Assembly: GCA_029258655.1 (NCBI GenBank)
Contig: JARHYD010000027.1
Coordinates: 5,630 to 69,629, forward strand
Origin: Mailhella sp.
GTDB taxonomy: Bacteria > Desulfobacterota > Desulfovibrionia > Desulfovibrionales > Desulfovibrionaceae
DNA length: 64,000 nucleotides
Direction of reading: 5' to 3'
This document shows positions 1 to 9,850 of the stretch, one piece after another (within the stretch, counting starts at the first letter, position 1; each line of letters opens with the position of its first letter). Below the pieces are notes generated by a model. That model was not told the origin of the DNA. It ran no database searches and was given only the letters and a program-made list of their open reading frames with translations. A program made the translations under genes and the position numbers.

Positions 1-1326
1 ATATTACTTGTTTTAGGTACAATAATTAGAGCAAAAGTAACAATTTTACAAAAAATGCTTGTACCTGCATCACTTATTGGTGGTATTTTAGGCTTTATTT
101 TTGTGCAATTAGGTATAGTTGGCTTACCTACTTCTAATGGTTGGGTAGAAATTTCAACAAAATCTTTCAGTGAATTAACTTTCCATTTATTTGCTTTTGG
201 TTTTGTTGGTGTTGGTCTTATGAAAACTGAAAAAACTAATACCAGTAAAATTCTTTTTCAAGGTGGCCTCTGGATGACCATTATGTATGGTTTTTGCCAA
301 GCATTACAAGCCGTAATTGGTTTTAGTTTCTTTGAAGCATGGCGAGTTATTACTGGTGGTGATTTTAATTCTGTACTTGGATATTTACTTGGTTCTGGTT
401 TTGCACAAGGTCCAGGTCAAGCACACGCGTATGGTAATATTTGGGAAACAACTTACGGCGTAGCTAATGCTATGAGTGTGGGGCTAGCCTCTGCTGCATT
501 GGGCTTTATTTTTGCTGTTATTGTTGGTGTTCCTTTAGCTAATCATGGTATTAAAAAAGGTTGGATTCATGGTAAAGTAGAAGGCAGGTTACCACAAGAT
601 TTCTTACGTGGCATTATGAATAGAAATACAAGTGAATCTTGTGCTGAGTATACTACACATCCAGCAAATATTGATAGTTTTTGTTTCCACTTTTCTATAA
701 TGTTTATTATTTATGGATTAGCATATTTATTTGGTCTTTCTTGGACAAATATTATGCCACAAGGTGTACATGGTTTAGGATTTGGTATTTTATTTACTTG
801 GGCTATGTGTATTGCCATGCTTTGTCGTGTTGGTTTAACAAAAATAGATTTAATGCACATGATAAATCAAAACACGATTAAGCGTGTTACGAATACAACT
901 GTTGACTATATGGTTTGTGCAGTATTTTTAGCTATTAGTGTTGATGAATTATCACAAGTTTTAGTTCCATTGCTTGCATCTGCAACTTTTGCAGCCTTTG
1001 TAACATTATGTGTAATTTTATGGTATGCACGTCGTGGACCTGAATTTAACTTTGAACGTGGTTTAGCTATTTATGGTTGTTATACTGGTACAGTTGCCTC
1101 TGGTTTATTACTTCTTAGGATTGTTGACCCTGATTTTAAATCACCTGCTGCTGTGGAACTTGGTATCATGAACGTTATGATTTTAATCACCTGTCAACCA
1201 CTACTCACAGGTTATGCATTTTTACCTGCTGATGGATTCCCTACACTTTGGATGATGTTTGCTTATATTATTCTTTCACCAATAGCAATGTATCTTACTC
1301 GTTTAGTTCGTAAACCTTCTTGGTAA
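1..1326 (+). CDS. Sodium:solute symporter, GltS (ESS) family-like; 5' end runs off the window
   Basis: The frame is open from nt 1 (ILLVLGTIIRAKVTILQKMLVPASLIGG...), so the Met at 55 is probably internal. The protein is polytopic and hydrophobic. Its N- and C-terminal segments resemble E. coli GltS by eye (KKYTIPEPVAGGLL; GHCGFGLGATPTA vs YGCYTGTVASGLL). Confidence 0.55.
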   Translation: MLLVLGTIIRAKVTILQKMLVPASLIGGILGFIFVQLGIVGLPTSNGWVEISTKSFSELTFHLFAFGFVGVGLMKTEKTNTSKILFQGGLWMTIMYGFCQALQAVIGFSFFEAWRVITGGDFNSVLGYLLGSGFAQGPGQAHAYGNIWETTYGVANAMSVGLASAALGFIFAVIVGVPLANHGIKKGWIHGKVEGRLPQDFLRGIMNRNTSESCAEYTTHPANIDSFCFHFSIMFIIYGLAYLFGLSWTNIMPQGVHGLGFGILFTWAMCIAMLCRVGLTKIDLMHMINQNTIKRVTNTTVDYMVCAVFLAISVDELSQVLVPLLASATFAAFVTLCVILWYARRGPEFNFERGLAIYGCYTGTVASGLLLLRIVDPDFKSPAAVELGIMNVMILITCQPLLTGYAFLPADGFPTLWMMFAYIILSPIAMYLTRLVRKPSW

Positions 1327-1348
1327 AAATAAAAAAAAGGAAATACAA

Positions 1349-2503
1349 ATGATTACGCCCTACACTATTCATGTTTCTGATGAAGAACTTGCAAAAATTC
1401 GTTCTAAAGTAGCAAATTATCCTTTTGAAGATTGCTATATGCCTGTTGATGAAGGCTGGGAATATGGAACAAATTTAAATTACTTAAAAGAATTCTGTAA
1501 TTATTGGGTTGAACAATATAATTGGAGAAAATATGAAGCAAAACTCAATTCATTTAAAAATTATATTGCCGATGTAGACAACTTAAAAATTCATTATATC
1601 CTTGAAAAAGGAAGTGGAGAAAATCCCAAACCTATTTTACTTGTTCATGGATGGCCAGGCTCAATAACTGAATTTATGCATATTATTGAACCATTGGCAC
1701 ATCCTGAACGCTTTGGAGGAGATATTAAAGATGCTTATACAATTATAGTACCATCGTTACCTGGCTTTGCTTTTTCTTCTCGTCCTAAACGTCCAATGGG
1801 TCCAAGAGCAATGGCAAATATTTTAAACAAACTTATGGTTGAAATATTAGGTTATGATAAGTATCTTGCACAAGGTGGTGACTGGGGAAGTGCTATTTGT
1901 AGTTGGATAGCTTATGAATATGGCAACCATTGCAAAGGGATGCATTTTAATTTTCCAACAATGCGTCATTATCTTGGACCACAAACAGAAGAAGAAAAGG
2001 AATGGGATAAAAATCTTGTTACTGAACAAATTATGAATGATGGTTATAGAACTCAACAAGCAACAAAGCCACAAAGTTTAAGCTATGGCATGACAGATAG
2101 TCCTGTTGGTGTTGCCGCATGGTTACTTGATAAATTTATGCATTGGTCTGATATTAAAAATGATAATATTGAAACAGCTCACACAAAAGATGATTTATTA
2201 ACTAATATCATGGTTTATGTTGTGACAAAATCCTTTAACTCTTCTACATGGATTTATTATGGTAGACGTGAAGAAGGTGGTAGATATCTTATTAATGAAC
2301 CTAATAAAAAAGTTGAAGTTCCAACGGGTTGTGCTTTATTCCCTGCTGAAATGATGTCCTGGCCTCCAAGAAGTTATTATGAGCGTATGTATAATATTAC
2401 TCATTGGAATATTATGCCAAAAGGTGGTCATTTTGCAGCAATGGAAGTTCCAGAAATTTGGTTAAATGAAGTTCGTGAATTTTTTAAAACAATTATTTTA
2501 TAA
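1349..2503 (+). CDS. Epoxide hydrolase (alpha/beta hydrolase with EHN-type N-terminal domain)
   Basis: It has an HGWPGS oxyanion motif and a GGDWGS nucleophile motif. The N-terminal segment (YTIHVSDEELAKIRSKV) is typical of microsomal-type epoxide hydrolases. An RBS (aaaggaaa) lies upstream. Confidence 0.8.
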   Translation: MITPYTIHVSDEELAKIRSKVANYPFEDCYMPVDEGWEYGTNLNYLKEFCNYWVEQYNWRKYEAKLNSFKNYIADVDNLKIHYILEKGSGENPKPILLVHGWPGSITEFMHIIEPLAHPERFGGDIKDAYTIIVPSLPGFAFSSRPKRPMGPRAMANILNKLMVEILGYDKYLAQGGDWGSAICSWIAYEYGNHCKGMHFNFPTMRHYLGPQTEEEKEWDKNLVTEQIMNDGYRTQQATKPQSLSYGMTDSPVGVAAWLLDKFMHWSDIKNDNIETAHTKDDLLTNIMVYVVTKSFNSSTWIYYGRREEGGRYLINEPNKKVEVPTGCALFPAEMMSWPPRSYYERMYNITHWNIMPKGGHFAAMEVPEIWLNEVREFFKTIIL

Positions 2504-2514
2504 TAGAGGATATT

Positions 2515-4011
2515 ATGGCTAAAACTAAACAAGACTATGAAAAAATGGCTGAAAATCTCTCTTTCCCAACAAAAGCATTTATTAATGGGAAGTTTGTAGA
2601 CGCTAAAAGTGGAAAAACAATGGAAGCAGTAAATCCAGCAACAGGTAAAGTTTTTGCTAGCTTTTCTACTTGTGATGAAAATGATGTTGATGAAGCTGTT
2701 AAAGTTGCACAAAAAACTTTTGAGAGAGGTGTATGGTCAAAAATGCACCCAACAGAAAGAAAAAAAGTTTTATTAAAATTTGCTGATATTATTGAGAATA
2801 ACTTAGAAGAATTAGCTGTTTTAGAAACGCTTGATAGTGGTAAACCTATTGGTGAAGTAATGAGTACTGACATTCCTGAAGCAATACACGCTATTCGCTG
2901 GCATGCTGAATTTACTGATAAACGCTATGGTCAAATTTCTCCTTCTGGTGATGGAGCTGTTGGCTTAGTAGTTAAAGAACCTGTTGGTGTTGTTGCATGT
3001 ATTATGCCATGGAACTTCCCAATAATGACTACCACTTGGAAATTAGCACCAGCATTGGCAGAAGGTAATAGTGTTATTTTAAAACCAGCAACACAAACAA
3101 GTCTTACAACACTTCGTTTGGCAGAACTTGCAGCTGAAGCAGGCATTCCTGAAGGTGTAATTCAAGTATTGCCTGGTTCTGGTAGTATCATAGGTAAAGC
3201 ATTAGGTTTACACAAAGGTATTAATGCTATTAGTTTTACAGGGTCAACTGAAGTAGGTTGTAAACTTTTAGAATATTCTGCACAAAGCAATTTAAAGAAA
3301 ATTGCATTGGAACTTGGTGGTAAAAGCCCATTTATTCTTTGTGATGATGTAAAAGACCTTTCAAAAGCTGTCTCAGCTGCATTAGCTGCATCATTTTGGA
3401 ATACAGGACAAAATTGCACAGCTAATACTCGTATTTTTGTTCCTGAATCTCGCAAAGATGAGTGTGTTGAACTCATGCTTAAAGGTTTAGAAAAAGATTG
3501 GCGAATTGGTGAACCAATGAACCCAGTTAACAATATGGGACCCATGATTACTGAAGCTCATTTTAAAAATGTTATGAGCTACATTGAAAAAGGTATTAAT
3601 GAAGGTTGCAAAGTTGCTGTCGGTGGTCACTCTTTAGATATTGGAAGTGGTATCTATGTTGCACCTACTCTTTTTGTTGATCCTAAGCTTGACTCTGAAA
3701 TTATGAAACATGAAATTTTCGGACCTGTTTCATGCATTATCGGTGTAAAATCAAATGAAGAAGCAATAAAACTTGCTAATGAAACAGAATATGGTTTGCA
3801 AGCAACATTATTTACTGATAACTTACAAAATGCACATATCTTTGCTCGTCAATTAAAAGCAGGAACTGTTTCAGTAAATAAATATTGTGAAGGTGATATA
3901 ACAACTCCATTTGGTGGATTAAAAATGTCTGGTTTTGGTGGACAAGATAATGCTGAGGCTGCACATGAGCAATACTCAGAATTAAAAACTATTTTTATTA
4001 ATTTAAACTAA
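2515..4011 (+). CDS. NAD(P)-dependent aldehyde dehydrogenase, PuuC/AldH-like
   Basis: It has the ELGGKSP motif and a catalytic Cys in the FWNTGQNCTA context. LETLDSGKPI...AIRWHAE and the GDITTPFGGLKMSGFG...ELKTIFINL tail resemble E. coli PuuC. Confidence 0.9.
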   Translation: MAKTKQDYEKMAENLSFPTKAFINGKFVDAKSGKTMEAVNPATGKVFASFSTCDENDVDEAVKVAQKTFERGVWSKMHPTERKKVLLKFADIIENNLEELAVLETLDSGKPIGEVMSTDIPEAIHAIRWHAEFTDKRYGQISPSGDGAVGLVVKEPVGVVACIMPWNFPIMTTTWKLAPALAEGNSVILKPATQTSLTTLRLAELAAEAGIPEGVIQVLPGSGSIIGKALGLHKGINAISFTGSTEVGCKLLEYSAQSNLKKIALELGGKSPFILCDDVKDLSKAVSAALAASFWNTGQNCTANTRIFVPESRKDECVELMLKGLEKDWRIGEPMNPVNNMGPMITEAHFKNVMSYIEKGINEGCKVAVGGHSLDIGSGIYVAPTLFVDPKLDSEIMKHEIFGPVSCIIGVKSNEEAIKLANETEYGLQATLFTDNLQNAHIFARQLKAGTVSVNKYCEGDITTPFGGLKMSGFGGQDNAEAAHEQYSELKTIFINLN

Positions 4012-4032
4012 CTTTTAAACCTTATACAGACT

Positions 4033-4060
4033 AAAGCCCCTAATATGGGGCTTTTTTTAT
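4033..4060 (+). terminator. Rho-independent terminator after the aldehyde dehydrogenase gene
   Basis: aaagcccc-taatat-ggggcttt followed by a T-run. Confidence 0.75.
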
Positions 4061-4112
4061 TGATTTTTATATTTTTCTATATTAAGAAAAGAAAAAAATG
4101 TAGTGTATTTTT

Positions 4113-5279
4113 ATGAATAAAAATATTTTAGAATTATCACTTCCACAATATGCAAAAATTTACAATGAGTTACGTAATGAAATAAAAGATTATATTTTAC
4201 AGCCTGGAACAGCAATGCCTTCTGAATCAGCATTAATGAATCGTTTTTCTGTTTCAAAACAAACAATTAGACATGCTATTCAACTTTTAGTTAATGAAGG
4301 ACTTGTAGTAAAAAAACAAGGTAAACCAACCTATATTAATCCTTTAATATCTGATGCAAAAGAAGTTTTACATATTGGCTGTTTAAATCCTCCCTCCATA
4401 TTGCTTACTGAGTATACCTATTATTTTGCAAAAGTAGTAAACGAATTAACACATGGACAAGTACAAATTGAAGTACATCACTCTTCTGAATATGGTAACG
4501 GTAGTGAACATATAGCAAAAGTAAAACATGGAAAACTTGATATGTTTTGTGCTGCCATTGATTGGCTTGCAGAACTAGACCATATTTGGGCATTAACAAC
4601 TTATCCATTTCTTTATGATAATATTGAACATCTAAAAAAATTTGTAAAAAGTTCTTTTGCAAGCTCAATTAAAAATAAGTTAATTGAAGAACATGGAGTT
4701 AAAATTCTTTCTGATAATTGGTATAGACCTTCGAGACTTTTAATTTCAAAGTTTCCATTTTTAAATAGTGAACAAATCAAAAATTTAAAAATTGGTATTC
4801 CATCTATTCCTTTATATAATGAAATATGGAAAGCTATTGGTGCAAATCCTATTACAATTAATTTTAGTGAAAGAAAAGAAGCATTCATCAATAATGAGAT
4901 CAACATTACAGACGTAAACTGGGATATAATTTTAAGTGAAGGTTTACAGAATGTTGCTAAATATGCAATATTAAGTAATCACTTATTTTCAAGAGCTGCT
5001 CTCATTTGTAATAATCAAAAATTTAAATCATTACGTAAAGATCTCCAAAATGCATTAATTAATGCTGCAGAAATAGCAGGCAAAGAATATTCAAAAAAAA
5101 TATTTTCAACATTTGAATTACATAAAAAAATACTTTTAAGTTATGGGGTTGTTTTTATTGAATTTGACTGTTCTGTATGGCGTAATATTGCACAAAATGA
5201 AGTATTAAAATACTATTCTACATCTTCCGATGAATATTTAGTATATAACCAAATAAAATTATTAAATAAAAAGAACTAA
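4113..5279 (+). CDS. GntR-family winged-helix regulator fused to a TRAP DctP-like solute-binding domain
   Basis: The N-terminus (PSESALMNRFSVSKQTIRHAIQLLVNEGLVVKKQGKPTYI) is a classic GntR wHTH. Residues ~85-388 follow the DctP pattern by eye (YPFLYDN..., LKIGIPS...AIGANPITINFSE...). Confidence 0.65.
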   Translation: MNKNILELSLPQYAKIYNELRNEIKDYILQPGTAMPSESALMNRFSVSKQTIRHAIQLLVNEGLVVKKQGKPTYINPLISDAKEVLHIGCLNPPSILLTEYTYYFAKVVNELTHGQVQIEVHHSSEYGNGSEHIAKVKHGKLDMFCAAIDWLAELDHIWALTTYPFLYDNIEHLKKFVKSSFASSIKNKLIEEHGVKILSDNWYRPSRLLISKFPFLNSEQIKNLKIGIPSIPLYNEIWKAIGANPITINFSERKEAFINNEINITDVNWDIILSEGLQNVAKYAILSNHLFSRAALICNNQKFKSLRKDLQNALINAAEIAGKEYSKKIFSTFELHKKILLSYGVVFIEFDCSVWRNIAQNEVLKYYSTSSDEYLVYNQIKLLNKKN

Positions 5280-5320
5280 TAGTATTTTCTAATTCTATTA
5301 TTGATACGTTTTTATTTTTT

Positions 5321-5558
5321 TTGGGGGGAAATGATTTCCCCCAAGCCCCCTCAATCAGGCAAATTTATTGAAACTTGTTTCAATAAATTTGCCTGATTGA
5401 GGGGGCATTAGTAAAAATCTTTTTTCTCAAAAATAAAAAAGTTATTTGTTTTTGTATATTGAATATAAACAGGTTCTGATTTTATAGTAGGTTATTATAA
5501 AAAGTTTTGTAAAGGGGTATTAGGGGGAGAAACTTTTTCAAAAGTTTTCCCCCTAAAA
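5321..5558 (+). repeat. Composite repeat locus R1: P1 palindrome (5323-5342), 60-nt P2 hairpin (5346-5405), linker, P3-variant palindrome (5521-5555)
   Basis: Direct sequence identity with the other loci listed below. It lies between the convergent 3' ends of the regulator gene and smpB. Confidence 0.9.
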
Positions 5559-5570
5559 AATATGAAAAAT

Positions 5571-6035
5571 TTAATTTCTAGCAAGTTCTCGTTCAAGATC
5601 ACGATTTTCTGCACGGCGTTTTAATTCGTCTCTTTGGTCGTGTAATTTTCTACCTCGAGCAAGAGCAATTTCAAGTTTTATTTTTCCATGTTTGAGATAC
5701 ATTTTTAAAGGAACAACTGTAAGTCCTTTTTGCTCTACTTTAGCACTAAGCATATTAATTTCTTTTGCGTGCAATAAAAGTTTTCTATTTCTATCTGGTT
5801 CTTGTACCATGTAGCCTGCATTATCATAAGGGCTTACGTGCATACTGCAAACAAAGGCTTCACCTTTGCTAAAATCAATATAACTATCGCCAAAGTTGAC
5901 TTTTCCTTGTCGTATACTTTTTACTTCTGGTCCTGTAAGTTGTATTCCTGCTTCAAAAAATTCTAATAATTCATAATATTGTCTTGCTTTTCTATTTTCT
6001 GCGAGTAGGGAAGGGCTTTTAGTTTTTTTTGCCAT
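5571..6035 (-). CDS. smpB: SsrA-binding protein SmpB
   Basis: The 154-aa size and sequence are typical of SmpB (ARQYYELLEFFEAGIQLTGPEVKSIR..., basic C-terminal tail). Confidence 0.95.
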   Translation of the reverse strand: MAKKTKSPSLLAENRKARQYYELLEFFEAGIQLTGPEVKSIRQGKVNFGDSYIDFSKGEAFVCSMHVSPYDNAGYMVQEPDRNRKLLLHAKEINMLSAKVEQKGLTVVPLKMYLKHGKIKLEIALARGRKLHDQRDELKRRAENRDLERELARN

Positions 6036-6046
6036 AGTAAAATCCT

Positions 6047-6886
6047 TTAATCACGAGTTGCAAGAGCGTATATTTCGCTTGTAGTCCAGCCGTAACATTG
6101 GCTTTGAACTCGTTTTGCTATATTTTTTGTTGTACCACCAAGTTCTTTTTCTTTTTTTATGAGAGCTAATACTTCTTCTTTATTGGTTTGCTGTAACGTG
6201 GTGGGCGGACCTATTATAACCGTTATTTCTCCTAATAATGACTGTATGTTAGGAATATTGCTTAAAGAAAAATTTATATATTCTTCATATTCTTTGGTTA
6301 GTTCACGAGCAATGCAAACTTCGCGATCTCCTAGTAATGTATATAAAAATGAAAGAGTTTCTTGCAAACGATCTTTTCTTTCAAAAAAAATAAGACTAAC
6401 TGAAAGCTTAGCAAATGGAGCTATTGTTTTTTCTATATCATTTGCTTTGCGTGGAAGAAATCCAAAAAAAGTAAAGGGTTGAGGTGCAATACCACTTCCT
6501 GCTAATGCCGTAACAGGAGCACAAGGTCCTGGAATTACAGAAACTTTTATTTCTTTTTCACGGCAAGCTCTAACAATTAAATAACCAGGATCAGATAAAA
6601 TGGGCATTCCTGCGTCTGAAATTAGTGCTATATTTTGTCCTGATGTTAAAAGTTCTAAAACATAATCAAGTTTATTTTCTTCATTATGATCGTTAAAACT
6701 TATAAATTTAGGTGCTTTTAAATGCCAACGAGAAAAATTGATACCAGCTCTTTTGGTATCTTCTGCTAAAATAAGAGGAACATTTTCTAAAATATCTCTT
6801 GCTCTAGGAGATAAATCTTGTTCATTTCCTAGAGGGGTTGCTATGATATATAGAATGCCTGTTTTTGTTTTTTCATTCAATAACAT
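6047..6886 (-). CDS. rsmI: 16S rRNA (cytidine1402-2'-O)-methyltransferase RsmI
   Basis: It has the tetrapyrrole-methylase-fold N-terminus GILYIIATPLGNEQDLSPRARDIL...LILAEDTKR. Confidence 0.85.
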   Translation of the reverse strand: MLLNEKTKTGILYIIATPLGNEQDLSPRARDILENVPLILAEDTKRAGINFSRWHLKAPKFISFNDHNEENKLDYVLELLTSGQNIALISDAGMPILSDPGYLIVRACREKEIKVSVIPGPCAPVTALAGSGIAPQPFTFFGFLPRKANDIEKTIAPFAKLSVSLIFFERKDRLQETLSFLYTLLGDREVCIARELTKEYEEYINFSLSNIPNIQSLLGEITVIIGPPTTLQQTNKEEVLALIKKEKELGGTTKNIAKRVQSQCYGWTTSEIYALATRD

Positions 6887-7256
6887 TGGTAAAATGCTCC
6901 ACTTGATAATTTGTTCCGTTTATACAAATTAAATCAAAGCGACAAGGCTTATCCCAATTTTTGGTGCTTGATAAATATTTTTCTGCACATTTTTTTATGT
7001 TTGTTTGTTTTTTATGATGAAAAGCTTCTATATTTGTTTGAATTTCATCATTAATCCTTGTTTTTACTTCTATAAAAACAAGCTCTTGATTTGTATTATC
7101 AAAACAAATTAAATCAATTTCATAAGGATAGGCTTTATAGTTTTGTTCTAAAATAGTATAGCCTTTTTTCTTTAAAAATTGTAGTGCTTTTTTTTCACCT
7201 AATTTTCCAATATCGCCATGAACTTCTTTTAATTTTGCAAATATGCTTTTTAGCAT
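6873..7256 (-). CDS. yraN: YraN family (UPF0102) endonuclease-like protein
   Basis: GEKKALQFLKKKGYTILEQNYK...EIDLIC...LVFIEVKTR matches the YraN pattern. It overlaps both neighbouring genes. Confidence 0.8.
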   Translation of the reverse strand: MLKSIFAKLKEVHGDIGKLGEKKALQFLKKKGYTILEQNYKAYPYEIDLICFDNTNQELVFIEVKTRINDEIQTNIEAFHHKKQTNIKKCAEKYLSSTKNWDKPCRFDLICINGTNYQVEHFTNVIE

Positions 7257-7936
7257 AGTGTCCCTTGTGTTAAGGTTTGTGGACGTACAGATTTAAAGTC
7301 CATTCTATGAAGAGGGCATGGCCCAAATTTTTGGATAGCATTTCGATGTTCTTTTGTTCCATAACCTTTATGTGAGGCAAATCCATACATTGGATAGCGT
7401 TTATCTAATTTAATCATTAATTTGTCACGAAAGTTTTTTGCTATGATGGAAGCAGCTGAAATGCTTGGTTCTGATGAATCTCCCTGTATAATACTTTTTT
7501 GGCTAAGTGGTGAAAGAGAATATTGGTTAAGGTAAAATTGTGGTAAAATAAAAGTTCCGTCAATAAGATAAATTTTAGGGTCAATTTGAGGAAATTTATA
7601 TTTTAACGCTGCTAATGCTCTAGCCATAGCCAAAAGGCTTGCTTGCAGAATATTAATTTCTTGGATTGTTTTCATCCAAACAAGTCCTATACCCCAAGCC
7701 CAAGCTAATTCTTTTATTTCACTATCTAAATTAAGGCGTTCTTTTTCTGATAATTTTTTTGAATCATCAAGTCCAATGAGATCAAAATTTTTAGGGAAAA
7801 CAACAGCCCCTGCAACAACAGGACCAGCAAGACAACCACGTCCAACTTCATCAAGTCCTACGGTGATAGAATCATTTGATAAATTGCTAGGACGAAATAA
7901 AATACCGTGGTTTATAAGTTCTTTTTTCTTTGCCAT
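7250..7936 (-). CDS. rnhB: Ribonuclease HII
   Basis: It has the GLDEVGRGCLAGPVVAGAV active-site motif. The start is placed at MAKKKE (7936) because the longer ORF start (7963) lies inside the rplS terminator hairpin. Confidence 0.9.
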   Translation of the reverse strand: MAKKKELINHGILFRPSNLSNDSITVGLDEVGRGCLAGPVVAGAVVFPKNFDLIGLDDSKKLSEKERLNLDSEIKELAWAWGIGLVWMKTIQEINILQASLLAMARALAALKYKFPQIDPKIYLIDGTFILPQFYLNQYSLSPLSQKSIIQGDSSEPSISAASIIAKNFRDKLMIKLDKRYPMYGFASHKGYGTKEHRNAIQKFGPCPLHRMDFKSVRPQTLTQGTLC

Positions 7937-7944
7937 GCATTTTT

Positions 7945-7983
7945 CCAAAAACAAAAACCCCACCCGAACAAATCGGGAGGGGC
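7945..7983 (-). terminator. Rho-independent terminator downstream of rplS
   Basis: The minus strand reads cccctcccga-tttgt-tcgggtgggg followed by tttttgttttt. Confidence 0.7.
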
Positions 7984-8030
7984 ATGATATTTATACCCAT
8001 CCAAAGGAGAAAATGGGTGTAAAATAACCT

Positions 8031-8378
8031 TTAGAAGTTATTTCTTGGTTTAATACGTGCAGCTTTACCACGAAGATTACGGAGGTAGTAAAGGCGAGAG
8101 CGACGTACACGACCACGCACAACAACGTCAATGTGATCAATAAATGGGGAATGTAAAGGAAGAATACGTTCTACACCAACGCCGTCGGAAATTTTACGAA
8201 CAGTGAAAGAAGCACCTGTTGTGCCACGTTGAATACGAATAACGTTACCTTGGAATACTTGGATACGTTCTTTTTCACCTTCTACAATTCTAAGGTGAAC
8301 TTTTACAGTGTCACCAGCACGGAACTGAGGAATATCAGTACGTAAATGTTCGCTTTCAATCTTTCTGATAATATTCAT
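8031..8378 (-). CDS. rplS: 50S ribosomal protein L19
   Basis: The 115-aa sequence is typical of L19 ([26 protein letters not shown]). Confidence 0.95.
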   Translation of the reverse strand: MNIIRKIESEHLRTDIPQFRAGDTVKVHLRIVEGEKERIQVFQGNVIRIQRGTTGASFTVRKISDGVGVERILPLHSPFIDHIDVVVRGRVRRSRLYYLRNLRGKAARIKPRNNF

Positions 8379-8668
8379 TTTGCCTCTCCTTGCGAGGAAT
8401 TTATCATATTTAGTTGTTTTACAACAAATGTTTTTAATGCCACAGGCAAGCTGTATTTATTACTTATTTTTTAAATAAAAGCAACTTAATTTTTTGTATG
8501 GAAAAAAATTAGGAATAGCTTTATACCGTCGGAAGTCGGTATGATAGGAAAATAACTAACCCGAACGGTTATACTTAGCAGAATTATTAAATATTGCAAG
8601 TGTTTTTTTTATTAAAAAAACTTGAAAAATAAAGTATAATGATATACTTCCCTATAAAAGGAGTTTAT

Positions 8669-9460
8669 ATGACAAACGAAGAAGTTGTTAATTTTAAAAA
8701 AATGGCTTGGCAATCTAAAGAGGCAGCAGAAGTTTATAATAAAGGTGTGCAACCTAATCTTTATTTTAATTTGATAGAATTTCCTCTTTATATGGATTAT
8801 ATAAAAGAAACGGATTCTGTTTTTGATATGGCTGCTGGTACAGGAATTCTTACTCTTTATTTAGCTGATAGAGTAAGAAAAGTTGTTGCTAGTGATATAA
8901 GTAAGGAAATGCTTTTTTATATTGAACAACAAAAAAAGCCTAATGTTAGTATTTTTCATGTTGATAGTGATACTTGTGATTTTTCTAAAGTTGGCAAATT
9001 TGACGTTGTAACATCACATTGGTTTATGCCACATTATGCTAAATGGGAACATTTTTTAGCACAAAAGAAACAATTATGTAAAAAAAATGGTTATATTATT
9101 TTTGATTTATTGAGCAAAGATAATATGTTATTGGCAAAAAAAGATATTATTCAAGTTAAAAAAGCATTGGGATATTCTGAACACGCAGTGGGTGTTTCTG
9201 AAACAGAATTAAAAGAAGCTTGTGATAGATTAAATTTAGAAGTTGTTAAATTAATTCCAACTAGTTTTATTGCTAGCAATGGATTATTTTTAAGTGAGTT
9301 AACATTTGATGAGTATGTTAGCTATCGTGAATGTGTAGAGAAATTATATCATAATCCAATTTTTATGGATTTTATACAAAAATTTGAAAAAACTATTGTA
9401 CAATCATCTAATATTGCAACTAGTTTGAAATATATTGCTGTGCTACAAAATAAAGGATAA
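8669..9460 (+). CDS. Class I SAM-dependent methyltransferase, substrate unknown
   Basis: It has motif I, VFDMAAGTGILTLYLA...VVASDIS. The start is chosen at 8669 because aaaggag lies 7 nt upstream. The listed ORF begins at 8639. Confidence 0.7.
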   Translation: MTNEEVVNFKKMAWQSKEAAEVYNKGVQPNLYFNLIEFPLYMDYIKETDSVFDMAAGTGILTLYLADRVRKVVASDISKEMLFYIEQQKKPNVSIFHVDSDTCDFSKVGKFDVVTSHWFMPHYAKWEHFLAQKKQLCKKNGYIIFDLLSKDNMLLAKKDIIQVKKALGYSEHAVGVSETELKEACDRLNLEVVKLIPTSFIASNGLFLSELTFDEYVSYRECVEKLYHNPIFMDFIQKFEKTIVQSSNIATSLKYIAVLQNKG

Positions 9461-9530
9461 TATTAGATATATATTTTTGTTAGCAATATTGATTAGGTAC
9501 AGTGGAATAACTAAAAGTAACAATTTTGTG

Positions 9531-9850
9531 TAGGGTGTGTTTTTAAATCATTTATAATTATTAAACTTTGTTTTTTAATAATGAAAATAAAATAGTTATA
9601 ATATAGTTACATTAGGAACTTTTTATATTTACTATATGAAAATAAAAAACTTTTTTATTTTTGAGAAAAAAGACTTTTAGTAATACCTTAAAATAGGCAA
9701 ATTTATTGAAATGTATTTCAATAAGTTTACCTGTTTGAGGGGTTTTGGGGGAAATCATTTCCCCCAAAGAAAATATACGATGAATTTGGAAACATATTCT
9801 TTAGTTTGAAAGAATTTTTTTGGGGGAGGACTTTTATAAAATCCTCCCCC
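9531..9850 (-). repeat. Composite repeat locus R2: TIR-like end plus subterminal block, decayed P2 (9685-9742), P1 (9747-9765), P3 variant (9822-9850)
   Basis: It is sequence-similar to R3 and R6. It lies between the convergent 3' ends of the methyltransferase gene and trmD. Confidence 0.85.

Noticed and set aside
681-881. 66-aa ORF inside the symporter gene. Other short internal out-of-frame ORFs include 10911-11108, 11446-11676, 36950-37204 and 41235-41516.
   Set aside because: They are embedded in well-supported longer genes and have low-complexity hydrophobic translations typical of off-frame reading of AT-rich coding DNA.
7937-7963. Longer N-terminal start for rnhB. Similar upstream starts are listed for cstA (16569), uvrC (16720), the YeiH-like gene (26390), flgM (28382), rplA (45813), rplJ (46705), secE (44380), tyrS (54145) and bamA (39590).
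   Set aside because: The extensions are not family-like. They often begin with a TTG placed by the ORF caller, and they overlap terminators or leaders. Internal starts with better Shine-Dalgarno spacing were preferred, and these remain uncertain by a few codons.
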